DNA of 64,000 nucleotides, from NCBI GenBank assembly GCA_036172245.1, contig JAYWIR010000114.1:1-64000 (forward strand). Direction: 5' to 3'. How positions within the stretch are numbered: position 1 is the stretch's first letter; each line of letters opens with the position of its first letter. The translations under genes and the position numbers were made by a program. Shown here piece after piece: positions 41,186 through 53,083 of this stretch. The notes beneath the pieces were generated by a model. That model was given only the letters and a program-made list of their open reading frames with translations. It was not told where the DNA came from and did no database searches. Origin of the DNA: Raillietiella orientalis (taxonomy: Eukaryota).

Positions 41186-44100
41186 TCATGGTGGGTTTCC
41201 GGCTGTTTGGTCCAGGGTGTCGTCTTCTATCCTCCTCAGGATGAATCGGTACGTTCAGGCTTGCATTTTTCCACAGTTTCTAATGCCGATTTCCCTTTTC
41301 AGGAGCCCTTGTAGTATCTCTATTGGTGGTGCGGCTCTTCTGGCTTTCCCCATTTTTCACCACCGCACAAGAATGGCGGTGATGAAGACGGCGATGGTCG
41401 TCCTCACCATGGGATTGTAACAGGGAACATTACCATCCCCCTGAAATATCCCGCCGAGGATCTCCATTACGGATCTGTTCGTAAGTCCGATATCCTTTTC
41501 AGGATCAGCCAGTCATGCAGCAATGTGGGACACGTCAAGACGTGAAGTCTCGTGTCGATGTCTCCACATGCTGTACAGTCTCGATCTTCCCTTCTTCCGG
41601 TGCAGTGCTTCAAGCGGGACCCACTCTGGATTCCGCCATGATAAAACAACAGGAGGTCATCCTGAGTGCCCGACGGAAGGTCAATCCTCCAGAGCGTCGT
41701 GCCAATCGCTAGCAGGTTGATCCCATCACTCTTGTAGCGATCGGCGGCTTCCTGGAGGGCACTGATATCACTGTGTTCTTCTTAAATTAGTCTTCGGAGG
41801 TTTGTTTGGTTACCCTGGACCACGAACAGTCGTTGTGGTTGAACCACACTTCGCGGGTCCTGTGGGTAAACCTTCCTAACATCATCTCTGTATACCGAAG
41901 TATACGTGTTTGATGTAGGTAGCCTCCCCGCCTCCACTCCTGGATTTGCAGTAGGGTAACTCTGGACCGCTGGTAGATCCAGCTTCTCGTGTCCGGCGGG
42001 ACAGGAAGCAACCAAGGGATCACCAAGATTGACTCGTCCTGCCTGAGTTCCCTGCTTCGCGGCACGATCTTGATTTGGTGCTTCCGCACCAGCCGTTGCT
42101 TCCTCCTCCAGGTCGGGTCGATTGTTATCCATTCCCCTACTTTGCCTAGCAGCGCAGTCATCAGGCCTTTCGAGTTGTTAAGCAACAACGCGTAGGCCCG
42201 GTGCGCCGCATACGGCCAGTCATCCCAGTAAGTGGCCATGTCCAGGATGTGTCGCGTATCCATGATTTCCATGGAATGTGCAAGCGACTTCATCCCGGAA
42301 CCGCCTTCTTCCCTGGGACGACACAGGGGTTTCAGTCTTACTCTTGGGCGCTAGTGGCCCCCGAGTGTTTTTCTTTGCAGCTTGTCGAACTTCCTAGTAG
42401 TGTCCTTGTTCATCCTCGCGAAGGCCGCCCCGAAGAGCACTTTCTAAAGGAGTACTCCGTTCCATATTTTGGCCTTTCGCTTCATCCCAAGGTCCGTTCG
42501 GGTGTACTTGGCTGCTTCCTTGGCCGTTTTCCCCAGGATTTCCTTCCACAGCAGCTTCGGCGCAGAGCCGTCGCTGATGTAGACTCCCAGGTACTTGGCC
42601 GTGTCCACCGTACGGAATCCACTACCCGTTAGAGCGGAGAGATCCAGTATTCCAACGGGCAAAAGCTGGCTCTTCTGGAAATTGATTTTTAAGCCCGAGC
42701 CCTGTTCCATCAGGTCCACCACATCCAGAAACGAACGCTGATTTTTCTCTCCCTTGATGAAGAAGAGTAGATCATCGGCGTATGCCAGATGGGTAAGACG
42801 CTGGCTATCGATGGTAATCCCGCTTAGTCGTCCGCTCTTCTCGATAAAGGACGACAACGCCTCCATATAGATGACGAACATCATCGGACTTAGCGAGTCG
42901 CCCTGTGGGACTCCTCGTTCCATCCTGATTGCTGCCGTCTTCTGGCCGTTGACCTTGATCCGGCAGTACTGGTTCTGGAGTACCGCCCTCACGAAGTTGC
43001 TGAAGTGTTCCGGAAGCCCTAGCTTCTCCACAACCTTCAGGAGCATCCCGTGGTCGATGGAGTCGAAGGCCTTCTCCATGTCAGTGAACACAAGCACCAG
43101 GTTCTCGCCGACGTATCGACTGAGTCCAACAGTGGCCTGGGCACACTTGACATTGTCCGACATGTGTCGTCCTGGGACTGCACATGTCTGGACCGGAGAG
43201 ATCAGCCTCGACATGAACTTGCCTAAGCGGTTGGACCAGATCTTCGCCAACCACTTGGCATCGGAGTTCAGGATCGAGATTGGCCTCCATTGGGCGATCT
43301 GGGTAGAGTCGCCTCCTTTCGGCAGCAATCTCATCCTGCTCTCGTAGAAGGACTGAGGTAGTCTGCCTTCTTCCCGGATGCAGAGGGTCAACTGGTGGAA
43401 CAAGCGCAGGTAGGCGTGCAGGTACCGCTGATAGTGCGTGATGGGTACACTGTCAGGGCCCGCTGCCACGTCCTTGCGAAGTTGCCCAAACGCAGTCTTC
43501 ACCTCTTCTTCGGAGAACTCCTCCTTTAGTCTGTTCCGCTGGAGGTCGTCGGTCCTCTTCTCGAGATAGCTCAAGAAGGCCTGTTGACTAGAGCGACACA
43601 GCTGTTGTCGCCTGAAGTGTTTCGTGTAATGCCTGTGAAAGGCATCCACGATGTCCTCAGACGACTGTCGCTTTTGGCCGTCGTACTGGATGGAGAAGAT
43701 ATCTGTTGCCAGATTTCTCTTCTCCAGCACGCCGACTTCCCCTTTTATGTTATTGAGGACGTACCGACTCTCGTACTGATGGAAGTACTTTGAGAGGGAG
43801 CGATCTTGGATGTTCAGCTCCCGGTACGCCTCTTGCCTCAAGCGCCTATCCCCGAACTGCATGTTCGCAAACAGGTGTATCCTGTGTTTCAGGCTGTCCC
43901 AGTCGGCGACACTTCGGATTGTTGTTGCCCTCAGAATCGCCTCCAGGACAGCCTGATGTCCGGGATTGGTTTCGAACCAGGCGGGCATGCTGATGAGCGC
44001 TGCCCTGGTGCCTTGCCTCCGCCGAGGATTCTTCGTTCTTAGGGAAAACCGCACCAGGGGGTGATCGGACACCGTAGCGATAGTGTCGCGAAACCCCTGG

Positions 44101-44700
44101 ATGCGGTTCCCAAGTTCGGTGCTGTGCAGGACGTGATCGATCGGCTTGTGACTTGCAGTTCGCCACTAGTCCGAACTCGTCGGATAACCGCCCATACGCC
44201 ATCCTTCCGCTGGCGTCTTCGGAGTGAGTGATCTCATCCAATATGTTGAGATCGCGAGCAACAATCACGCCGTCCTTGGAAGCAACCTTTTCACGTGGTG
44301 CTGCACGCAGCGCCTCCGAACAACGATGTTTTAGCCTGTGCGGTCCGTACACGTTCACCAGGATGAGGTGAACAGTAGCGGACCAGGCGAGTCGCACGCC
44401 GATGATTCGTCCGGGTTGGGGACAGAACACTTCCAGAATAGTGGGGGCCAAGTTGTTCTTGATTAGGACCGCCACTCCCTGCGTGTTCCGTTCTCTTTCG
44501 CTGACGAAAATCTGCTTGTTGAATCGCCGTTCCATTTGCTAACTAATCTCGAGACCCATCTTGCGGGTCTCCTGCAGGCACACTATGTCTTGTTGTGCGA
44601 TGGTCCGCACAATCCTTTTTCTTTTTCCCTGGTCGATCATACCGTCTACATTCCAGGAGGCGATGTTCAGCCTCCTGGCGGTCGATAGGGAAGAGGCCAT
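41186..44700 (-). pseudogene. B2 ORF2 (APE-RT-Zn motif), interrupted by several stops/frameshifts
   Basis: MASSLSTARRLNIASWNV, NVYGP. ORF 42444-44072 has WRPISILNSDAK, DMEKAFD, QGDSLSP, LAYADD and KYLG. C-terminal CTACGDIDTRLHVLTC. Confidence 0.93.
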
Positions 44701-44872
44701 AAAAGGGGAACACCTATTTCTTGGCCTTCTTGAGCTTCTTCTCTCTGAGAGAGCGTGCTCTTCCAGACAATGATTTAGCAGCGGGATTCTCGCTGCCAAC
44801 ATTACTCTCTGTTCCGGTGAGGTCGGTTACTTCCATCTCCTCCGTCGAGTGTTCGGCCCGCTCGATCAGTTT

Positions 44873-46618
44873 TCAAGATAGCGTCTCTATCTGGACCTTG
44901 GCGCAGAAGTTCGCCTTCACGTCGAGAAGCTGTTCCTCTAGCTTTTCGTGCTCGGTGACCTCCACAACCTGGTTGACTTTCTCCTGTGCATTGCAGATCT
45001 TCTGCAAGATTTTCTCTTGCTGGGGACCGCTCTGCACCTCTAGGACTACATTAGCCAGTGATGCCAACTCCTCCGTAGATTGCAGGGCCTCCTGCGACAC
45101 CGGAGTGGCTTCGGCTTTTTCTTCTTCCGCGCCTTCTTGCGCTACCTCCATCTTCTCGCCTTCTTGCTCTTCACCTTCCAGGATAAGAGGGGTTTCTTGC
45201 TCCTTGACCTGCATCCTTCTCCTTCCTTTCTTCCCTACCTGTATGAAGCCGTCTTCCGATACCGGGACGGCTTCTTTCACCTTCTTTGGCCTTCCTGCCT
45301 TCTGAGGCTGTTCCGCCTCCTTGGTGTTTCTCTGTCTCACGGGAGAGAGACCTCGAATCCTTCTGCAGTTTGCAAACTCCGGACAGCTCCATTTGGCATG
45401 TCCGTGTTTCTTGCAGAAGGAGCACTCCTCCGGCTGCGGGCAGTTTCGGACTTGATGTCCAACTTTGCCGCAGCGGAAACAACGACACGTTGGGCAAGCG
45501 CCGGCCCTGTGGCCGAACTGCTTGCACCCGGTGCAGAATATCGGCTGTTGCCGGTAACGCACGTTCACTCCCTGGGATTGTTCGTCAAGAACGGCTAATC
45601 CAGGGATCACAGCTCCCTCTTTCAACTTCATTTTGGCGATCATGCCGCCAGAAAATATTTTTCCAGAGAAGTTCTGGAATTCAAGGTCCAGAACTTCCCC
45701 ATACTGCTCCAAAAAGTTCCACACCGTTAGTTGCGGTGTGAGGATGGAGATGCCGTTCAGAAAGACGGTTGTGTATGGCATCTCGCCAACACCACAAACC
45801 ATCCTCCCTTGTATATTGATCCACTTCTGGATCAATCGCTCTCTAATCTCTTCACAGTCTGTGAAGACAGTGAACCCGTTGTTTGCTGGTATGATCGCCT
45901 GTATGCGATCAAAATTCATGTCCGTTTTATCGAGGGACAGATACACCTCCCTGATATTATTGAACTTGATCAGCCCAGTCTTGAAAATGATGGGCTTCAC
46001 ATTCGGCCCTAACTCCACGATCGGTCGATCCACCTTTTGGACTTTACCGCATAGCGGCTTCCCGAATTTTCTTGGTGGGTGGACACTCGCTTTTCCATCC
46101 GCCACTGACGCATAGGAAAAGGGCTGCGTCGCCGCAGCCGAACAAGATGGCGTCTCGCCCTGAACCGCGTGGACGCCCGCGGGTCCTGCCTGGGACGCCG
46201 CAGCTCCGAGCGCAACCCTCGACGTCGCCACCGTTGCCGCCGCGGGCGGCACCCTCGGCATCGCCGCCGCAGGCGCGACCTGCCCCGCCGCGGGCACTAT
46301 CATCGGCGTCGCCGCCGTGGGCACGACCTCCGCCGTCGTCGCCGCGGGCACGACCCTAGGCATCGCCGCCTCCGGCGCAGCAAAGCCTGCCGTGGGCGCG
46401 ATCCTCGGCATGCCTGCCACCGCCTCGCCGTTGCCGCACGTTTCCTCCATGGCTTCCATAGGGGACGACGGTCTCTCCACTCCTCCTCTAGGTGAATGCA
46501 TCTTGGCAGCTGGTCTTGCTGCACGGGACCACTGCAGGTCTTTTCCCGCGATCTCCTTTATGCTTCTTTTGTTGTTTCGTCTGGAAAACTTCCCCTCTCC
46601 GGGCACACACGAGCACAA
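44873..46618 (-). CDS. B2 ORF1, gag-like protein: Ala/Pro-rich N-terminus, three CCHC zinc knuckles, Glu-rich C-terminus (premature stop relative to B1; true start probably the internal MEAME)
   Basis: 581-aa ORF with three CX2CX4HX4C motifs directly upstream of ORF2. Confidence 0.88.
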   Translation of the reverse strand: MCSCVPGEGKFSRRNNKRSIKEIAGKDLQWSRAARPAAKMHSPRGGVERPSSPMEAMEETCGNGEAVAGMPRIAPTAGFAAPEAAMPRVVPAATTAEVVPTAATPMIVPAAGQVAPAAAMPRVPPAAATVATSRVALGAAASQAGPAGVHAVQGETPSCSAAATQPFSYASVADGKASVHPPRKFGKPLCGKVQKVDRPIVELGPNVKPIIFKTGLIKFNNIREVYLSLDKTDMNFDRIQAIIPANNGFTVFTDCEEIRERLIQKWINIQGRMVCGVGEMPYTTVFLNGISILTPQLTVWNFLEQYGEVLDLEFQNFSGKIFSGGMIAKMKLKEGAVIPGLAVLDEQSQGVNVRYRQQPIFCTGCKQFGHRAGACPTCRCFRCGKVGHQVRNCPQPEECSFCKKHGHAKWSCPEFANCRRIRGLSPVRQRNTKEAEQPQKAGRPKKVKEAVPVSEDGFIQVGKKGRRRMQVKEQETPLILEGEEQEGEKMEVAQEGAEEEKAEATPVSQEALQSTEELASLANVVLEVQSGPQQEKILQKICNAQEKVNQVVEVTEHEKLEEQLLDVKANFCAKVQIETLS

Positions 46619-46683
46619 TTAACTGATTAGGTTGTCGAGCGCACAAGACTTTGATCCGCGAAGCAAGTTCACCGACTAGGCAG

Positions 46684-47246
46684 GAGCGGACTGATCTGCC
46701 GAATGCCGCGGAGGCTGTGCCTTCGCCGCCTTTTAAGTGTGCTGCGAATGCTGCGCCCCAAACGGTTGGGTGGGAAAGCCCTCAGGTATGTCTCACGAAA
46801 GTCGAGAATTGCTCCAAGGGAACGGACGGTGAGTGGACGGTTGCTGTGAAGGGGAGAAAATTAAAATGTCCCAAAAATTTTCCGCAACCTAGTTCCAAGA
46901 GCGTCTCCAAGGCAAAGAACAGTCGCGCGATGCAGGGGACTCGCGCAAAGGTTCCTTCTGCCGCTCCAAAGGCTACCACCCCGGTCGCGAATGGAGCGAA
47001 AGTTGCCATCGCCAGGGACGATGTTCCAGTGATCGCGAAAAACAAAGTGTCCACGGTCCCATTCGCGAGCACCTCCATACCGTCAGAGCAGGTGACTCGC
47101 GATGCGCCTGCGCTTCATTCAGACTCCCAAACGGAGTCTGAGATCACCGACGTACGTCGGATCACACGCGCGGAAGCCGTACCGCGACGGGCTAAGGTCC
47201 TGAGGCGCGCAGCGCAGGCCGCGAAGGAGCGAGAGCTCATCCCGGA
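46684..47246 (+). pseudogene. C ORF1, middle (low-complexity, basic) segment
   Basis: Open frame 46651-47256. EWTVAVKGRK resembles GWQKVVKKKK of A3 ORF1. Ends at the A3 TSD. Confidence 0.7.
47236..47246 (+). repeat. Target-site duplication CTCATCCCGGA, left copy (A3)
   Basis: Identical 11-mer at 61356-61366, immediately after the A3 3' end. Confidence 0.9.
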
Positions 47247-47258
47247 CCTGCAGTGAGA

Positions 47259-47265
47259 GGACGTG
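47259..47265 (+). promoter_or_regulatory. Putative internal promoter motif GGACGTG at about +13 of A-lineage elements
   Basis: Same 7-mer at 34113-34119 (C) and 58397-58403 (Y, minus strand) at about the same offset from the 5' end. Confidence 0.5.
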
Positions 47266-47339
47266 TTTTTTCGGTGCTGCGGAAAACCTTTTTTGCTTGT
47301 GTTTGCGGTATTTTGTGGAGCGGTTGTTCTTGGGCAGCA

Positions 47340-49018
47340 ATGCTCGAGGACACCGCTATCACGGCGGAGGGGTGCCAGCTAGCCTCGTCCCCCCAACCCA
47401 TGGATGTTGGGGCCAACACCCCCACGGATTCGTCCTTCGCCCCGGCGAGGGCTTGGAGCGCGGTGGTGGCGGCGCCTGCGCCGCCCCCCGCAGAGGAACA
47501 GCGGGCGTACATGGCCGACGGATACAACCCGGCCCTCCTGTACAAGGTAGGTGGCCTGTACTCACCCGCGGTATTGCGGTCGTTCGCGGGCGAATTTAAG
47601 AAATTGAAAGTCATGGAGGACGTCGTCCTCGGGCTTTCCGTGCGAAGAGGCGGGCAGCTGGTTGAGCTGAACTGCAAGTCTGCAGGGATGGCTTAGCAGC
47701 TGCTTCGCCTGCCGGTGACCGTAAACGGTCGAAGAATCTTCCCGTTCAAGGCGGACAACTCCATCGTTGTCCACCTCACCCCCATCACCATGCGAATGGC
47801 AAAGACCGCCTTTCGCGAATCTTTAGAGCAAAACGGAACCGTCCACGCGTTGTGGGCGAAACCCAATGTCCTGGGTTACACCAGGGCTTTTAGTGGGTAC
47901 GCCGCTGCGCGCGTGACAGTCCGTGCCGAGGGTGGGCTACCCCACAGACTACAGGTCGGAGACGAAGTGATCGACCTGCGGTATGTGGGGAAACCCGTTT
48001 ACTGCGGTTTTTTCCATGTGTGGGGGCATTTGAAAAAGAATTGCCCCAACATCGTGTGCCTGGACTGTGGGGAGAAGAAGCACATCAGGCGGATGTACCC
48101 CAACCGAAAAAGGTCCGTTCCGTCAGGCGCGAGAAAGGAAGAGACGCCGAAGGAAAAGGACCGAAGCGAACAACTGGCAGCATCCCGCCCTGCCGACCAA
48201 CCCGCTGCTCAGCCGTCCTTCGGCAAACAACCAGCTGGAGAAAGCGCCGAGAACGAGGAAGGTTGGCAGAAGGTGGTCAAGAAGAAGAAGGCCCCGGCAA
48301 GGAGGTAAAAAGAATTCACAAGGCGGCTCCGAAGAAGCAGAAGCCGGCAGTCTGCGCTTGTTCAGTGAAAATCGAACGCGTGTCGATCGCAAGAGACGTG
48401 AAGAAAGTAACGGTGAACGCGATTGATACCGTCGTATCGGAGCCGATCGTGCCCGCAGTGACGTCACCATCAGCTGAAGAGAATGCCGCTTCGGCATTGC
48501 CAGCAAAGGATGTCTGCGCGCCGGTCTATGAAGCCGTCCCCGTCGCGCCTGCGCCGATCGTCGGTGCGGAAAGCGATGAGGCGGCACGTATCACAGACGC
48601 GACATTCGCGCAGGCCGCGGTAGAGCTGGCAGCCATGTTGCGGCAGCCGGCCAAGGCCCAAAAGAAGGCATTGAGACGACCGGCGACGGCGAAGGGCCCG
48701 GAATCTTCCGGGTCGGACGCTAAAGCCCGTTGCTCTACTTCCACGTCCGTGCCGAAGAGAAAGGCTAGCAAGAAGGCCGGATGCCTAAAATGTGTCACCG
48801 CCTCCCAAGTAGAGGAGCCCATGTCCTCCGCCACGGAGGAGGAGGGAATGTGCGTCGCGCCACGCGACCCTTCTCCCTTCCGTGTCACGGAAGCCAGCCC
48901 AATGGAAGTCGCTGTAGACGACGTGCTCCCGTGTGAGCAGCCGACCGTCGTCACGGCCGCCAACGAGCCGCCTCCCGAAAAGGAGGAGGCCGCCTCCACC
49001 CCACCATAAATACCATAA
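47340..49018 (+). pseudogene. A3 ORF1 (gag-like, degenerate knuckles), with stops/frameshift
   Basis: ORFs 47253-47696, 47715-48308 (CGFFHVWGHLKKNC, CLDCGEKKH) and 48020-49009 are colinear with Y ORF1. Confidence 0.85.
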
Positions 49019-49901
49019 TGCGTGGGCTCGTCTCCTGCCGCCGCTTGCGCATCACCTGTTGGAACGTCAACGGGTTGCGCGACGACGGTAAGAGGCCAGA
49101 CGAAGCCGCCATACTGCGAGACTTCGACCTGGTGCTCCTGCAAGAGACGCACGTTCTCAGAGCAGGAGATGTCCAGGAAATCGAAGGCAACGCAGGAGGG
49201 TGGCTACTGTGGAGGAACGGAAACGACTGCTCCTGCGGAGTGGCCTTTATGCTAAAGCCAGCCGTCGACAACGTACTGCGCAGCGTCAGGTTCGACGAGG
49301 ACGGTCGAGTTGGACAGCTTGTGTTCAAGTGGTCCGACTCGATCGATTTCGTGGTAACGAACCTGTACGCCCCGGTGAGCAGCCACAGGGCCGAGGAACG
49401 CACTGTGTTCTTCGAATCCCTGCGGCAAGACTGGTTGGCTGAAGCAACCATACGGCGGGCGCAGCTCATCGCGGGCGACTTCAATCTCCGCCTGCTGGCT
49501 GGTGCGCCCAGCAGTCGAGGACGATTGGTCAACGAGTTGTGCGCAGCCATCAATGCGCTCAACATGTTGGCCGGTGATGCCGGGAGAGATCGAAACATCG
49601 ACCACATGTTCCTCGACAACCACCTATGCACGCGGGTGTGAAATCGAGGAACGCTCCCGACACAGCTGTCCGACCATCCACGGCTCGTGCTCGAAATACA
49701 TCCAAGCGACAAGGGCCCTCCCCTGAAAACGTGGCGCCTGCCAGGGGACTGGTTGCGCCTCGCAGACACGGCGGAACATCTACGCGCCTTCCTGCGAGGA
49801 TTCCATCTTTAGACGCTTGCGGACTAGGACGAAATCAAGTGCTCAGTACGCGAGTTTTGCGACCAGTTTCCCCTAGAACGTCTTTCGCCGGGCTTCGGCG
49901 A
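49018..49901 (+). pseudogene. A3 ORF2, 5' part: APE-type endonuclease
   Basis: ITCWNVNGL, LLQETH, NLYAP, AGDFN, IDH and (next frame segment) SDH motifs. Confidence 0.92.
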
Positions 49902-52636
49902 TGCCACCCGGATACGCCAGGACGTTTACTAAAAACATTTCAACAGTCAATACAGAACGTGGTACAAGGCCCCACTGACGGCCACGCAATACCGGAACTG
50001 TTGGGACACCGGGACGCAGCCCGGTGTGGCTCTCCTCGGCAGTGGAGGGGGATGGAGAAGAAAACAAAAATAAAATAAAAGAGAAAAACAAACCACAAAA
50101 AAAGTTTCGAGGGCCGGGAAGGGATCACAGAAAACTGCTGGGAGGGCCCATCCCTTGCAGGATGCCTTCTAGTTCCATTTTCAGTTTAGCTAGATGGGGC
50201 CATCGGGTACCTCTCTGCATAAAGCGAGAAGCATACTCAATGACGTCCCTAACGATGCAGTCTTCATCTTCGGCATCGCTTCAGGCCGCCAAGATACCAC
50301 GAATGCAGCAAAGTGCTGCCAGTGCTGCTGCTGGACTGACGGCGTCCCGCACGAAGACAAGACTGCAGACACATCCAACATTGCCACCATCCGGTATCCG
50401 GAGGGCCGTTTTAAGACGATTCCAAAGAATCTTGACGGCAGGGCATTCAACTAAGAGGTGGGGGAGAGACTCCCGCTCCCCACATCTGGCACACGCAGGA
50501 TTTACTCTTCCCCGCGTCCAGTGGAAGCAGCGCGCGTTGCAGGGTAGACCCCAATGCAGCCACAGTAGCGCCGATTCTTGCCACTTCAGGGGAAAAATTT
50601 TGGATCCAAGTAGAACCGAGGGCCACTTCAAGTCATCCATTTGAATGCCGAGCAGCTCGCCCCATCTTCTTAATCCACGCGGCTGGAGACTAGGGGCGTT
50701 GCAAATGTCAACTCTTCCATTGTCCAGCCGCTCATCATCTTTTCTCTGCCTGCGATACGGCAGCTGACTTGCAACCTTGGCTTCCGGCTTTGGTGAAGCG
50801 CCCTTTGAAGGAAGGGCATCGACGTAACAAGAAGTGTGCCTTCCGCCCACGTGCAACTCGGTGGAAATTCAAGAATTTCACGGAGAGTTCGGCGGGCGTT
50901 AAAGCCGACTCGCAGGCAGTTCATCCGGTCTTCGCACCTCTGGTTCTGCTTGGCCCAGGTGCCAGCAGTCTCTTCCAGCCAAGCGGAGGAGTTGGAAGGG
51001 CCACAAATCATCCAGTCGTTCTCCTTGGCCAGGGTTGCCATTCGGCCGAGCAGTAGACCGCATCTTCGAATCTTCCGACCAGGGCACAGAAGAAACGATG
51101 CGAGTCCTTCGCAGCGGGACACACGCCTGGCCAGGAGGAGGGCCTGAATGCACCAAGCGGTGCTCCACATCTTCGCTGCGATGGCAAGGGTCCGCCATCA
51201 CAGCTGGATTTCCACGCGCTTTAGCGTCAGGATGCTGATACCGCCGTCCCGACGCGGAGCTCACAAGTCCTTCAAAGGGACTCGGGGCCTCCCCTTGCCC
51301 CAAAGAGCTATGCAGAGGAGGTCCTTCGTCCGCTTTTTTGATTCCACGGGGGCGGGGCAAACAAAAAGCAAGAAGCGCAGGATGAAGGCCGCGAAGGCGT
51401 TCCAAACCGCGGCCCGTTCCGGCAAGTGAAACTTGCCTTCCAGGAACGGGCCGATTGCCATCTCGACTTTTTGGAGGCAGCTTCCGCAGGGGAGAAGTCT
51501 CCCAACGGCACACCGAGGTACTTGATGCACCTCACCGTGGGGATCCCCAGACGGACCCAGTCCTGCTGCCCTGCCCACGTCGCTCCAACTGGCAACACAG
51601 ACGGCTTCGCCCTGTTAACCTGTAATCCGGCCCCACGGCTAAGCAGGTCGAAGAAATCTCCGACCGCCTTCGCCTGGGTGGACATAGGTAAGAGGAGCAG
51701 AACATCGTCGGCATACGCCGCTAAGGCTGGTGTGCCGGGGCACAAGCTCGGCAAGGGGGCCAAAGTCACCCTGTACGCTCTCAGCACCAACTCAGCGTAG
51801 GTGCTAAAAAGCAGGGGGCTGAGGCTGTCGCACTGCCTTATGCCCCGCCGCACCGGCACGCCATACACCTTTTGTTTACTGAAAGTAATCGAGATTATCG
51901 CGTTCCGCCAGCAAGAGCGCAGGTAGGTAATCAAGGATGGTGGGAAGCCCATGCGATCAAGGAGCTCCAAGAGGAGTTCCTGGTCAACACAGTCGAATGC
52001 CTTATGGAGGTCGACTGCGATCGCTAAGGCCCCCTTTCCCGCATTAAGTTCCCTATCCTGTCCCACTGGCGGCCCCAAAGTAGGGTTGCAAATTTTCCCT
52101 TTCCCTTCTTTCTTACTCCGCTGCGCGTGCATCCATGTGCTCGCGAAGAAGAGGTTGTCCTCCATACTTCGCCCGGGAACAGCGTAAGTCTGCTCCGGGC
52201 TAATTATGGAATTGGACACCTGCCTCAATCGCGACGCCCACAGCCCAGCAATCAACTTGGCGTCCGTGTTCACAATCGTGATCGGACGCCAGTTGCAAAG
52301 TTTCCTGAGATCTCCTCCCTTCGGGAGGAGCCTTACCCTGGCTGACCGAAACGAGGCGGGAACATCGCCTCCGTCTCGGATTCGCCTTGTCAACTCGAGC
52401 ACCAGTGGGGCCAGCTCTTCCGCGAAACTCTGAAAGAACCTAGCGGGCAAGCCGTCCTCCCCTGGCGCCTTACGCGTCTTGAGCCTTTTGATACCGGCGA
52501 GAATTTCACCGGTCGTGAAAGGCTCATCGATGCTTTCTCTCTCTTCCTCCCTTATCGCCACGGAACCACTCACGAGCAATCGCCCCGAGGCGTCTTGTTC
52601 GGGTGGTTTTTTGACGTAAAGGGAGGAATAAAAATG
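49902..52636 (-). mobile_element. X: 5'-truncated A-lineage LINE (RT + C-terminus + 3' UTR), decayed
   Basis: ORF 51308-52579 (KAPGEDG, DLHKAFD, AYADD, KYLG) and 50281-50856 (CARCGERESLPHLLVEC). 3' hairpins as in A1 and Y. Starts at the FYSSLY position of ORF2. Confidence 0.92.
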
Positions 52637-53083
52637 CGGGCTCCGACGTTATCACCCGGGTACGCCCGGGGCGTTTATTAATAAACTTTACATGCGTGGT
52701 ACAAGGCCCCACCACGGCCGTAAACACAGGACCTGTCGCGACACCGGGACACAGCCCGGCGTGGCACTCCCCGACAGCGAAGGGGGATGGGGATAAGACA
52801 AAAAGTAAAATAAAAAGAAACAAACAAAAAGAAGTTGGAGCGCAGGGAAGGAATCACTGTTCGCTGTGGAGAGGGCCCAACCGTCGAACGAAGCCCTCGA
52901 GGTCAGTCTGCATATTCCCCTGTTGGGGCCATCCGGCAGATCTTCGCATGAAGCGTTGGGCATATGGGATGACATCCCTCGCGTGTTGACCCACTCCTTC
53001 CTTGTTGGTGTCGCTCCATGCCGCAACGATGCCTCGGACGCAGCACAAGGCTGCAAGGGCTGCGGCTGGCTGCAGGGCGTCCT

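Larger units (their letters stand above)
41047..46671 (-). mobile_element. B2: apparently full-length (~5.6 kb) L1/Tx1-like LINE, lineage B, head-to-tail with B1
   Basis: Same 5' UTR, ORF1, ORF2 and 3' terminus (AATAAA + CCCAC-CCCTT-GTGGG hairpin) as B1. Confidence 0.92.
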
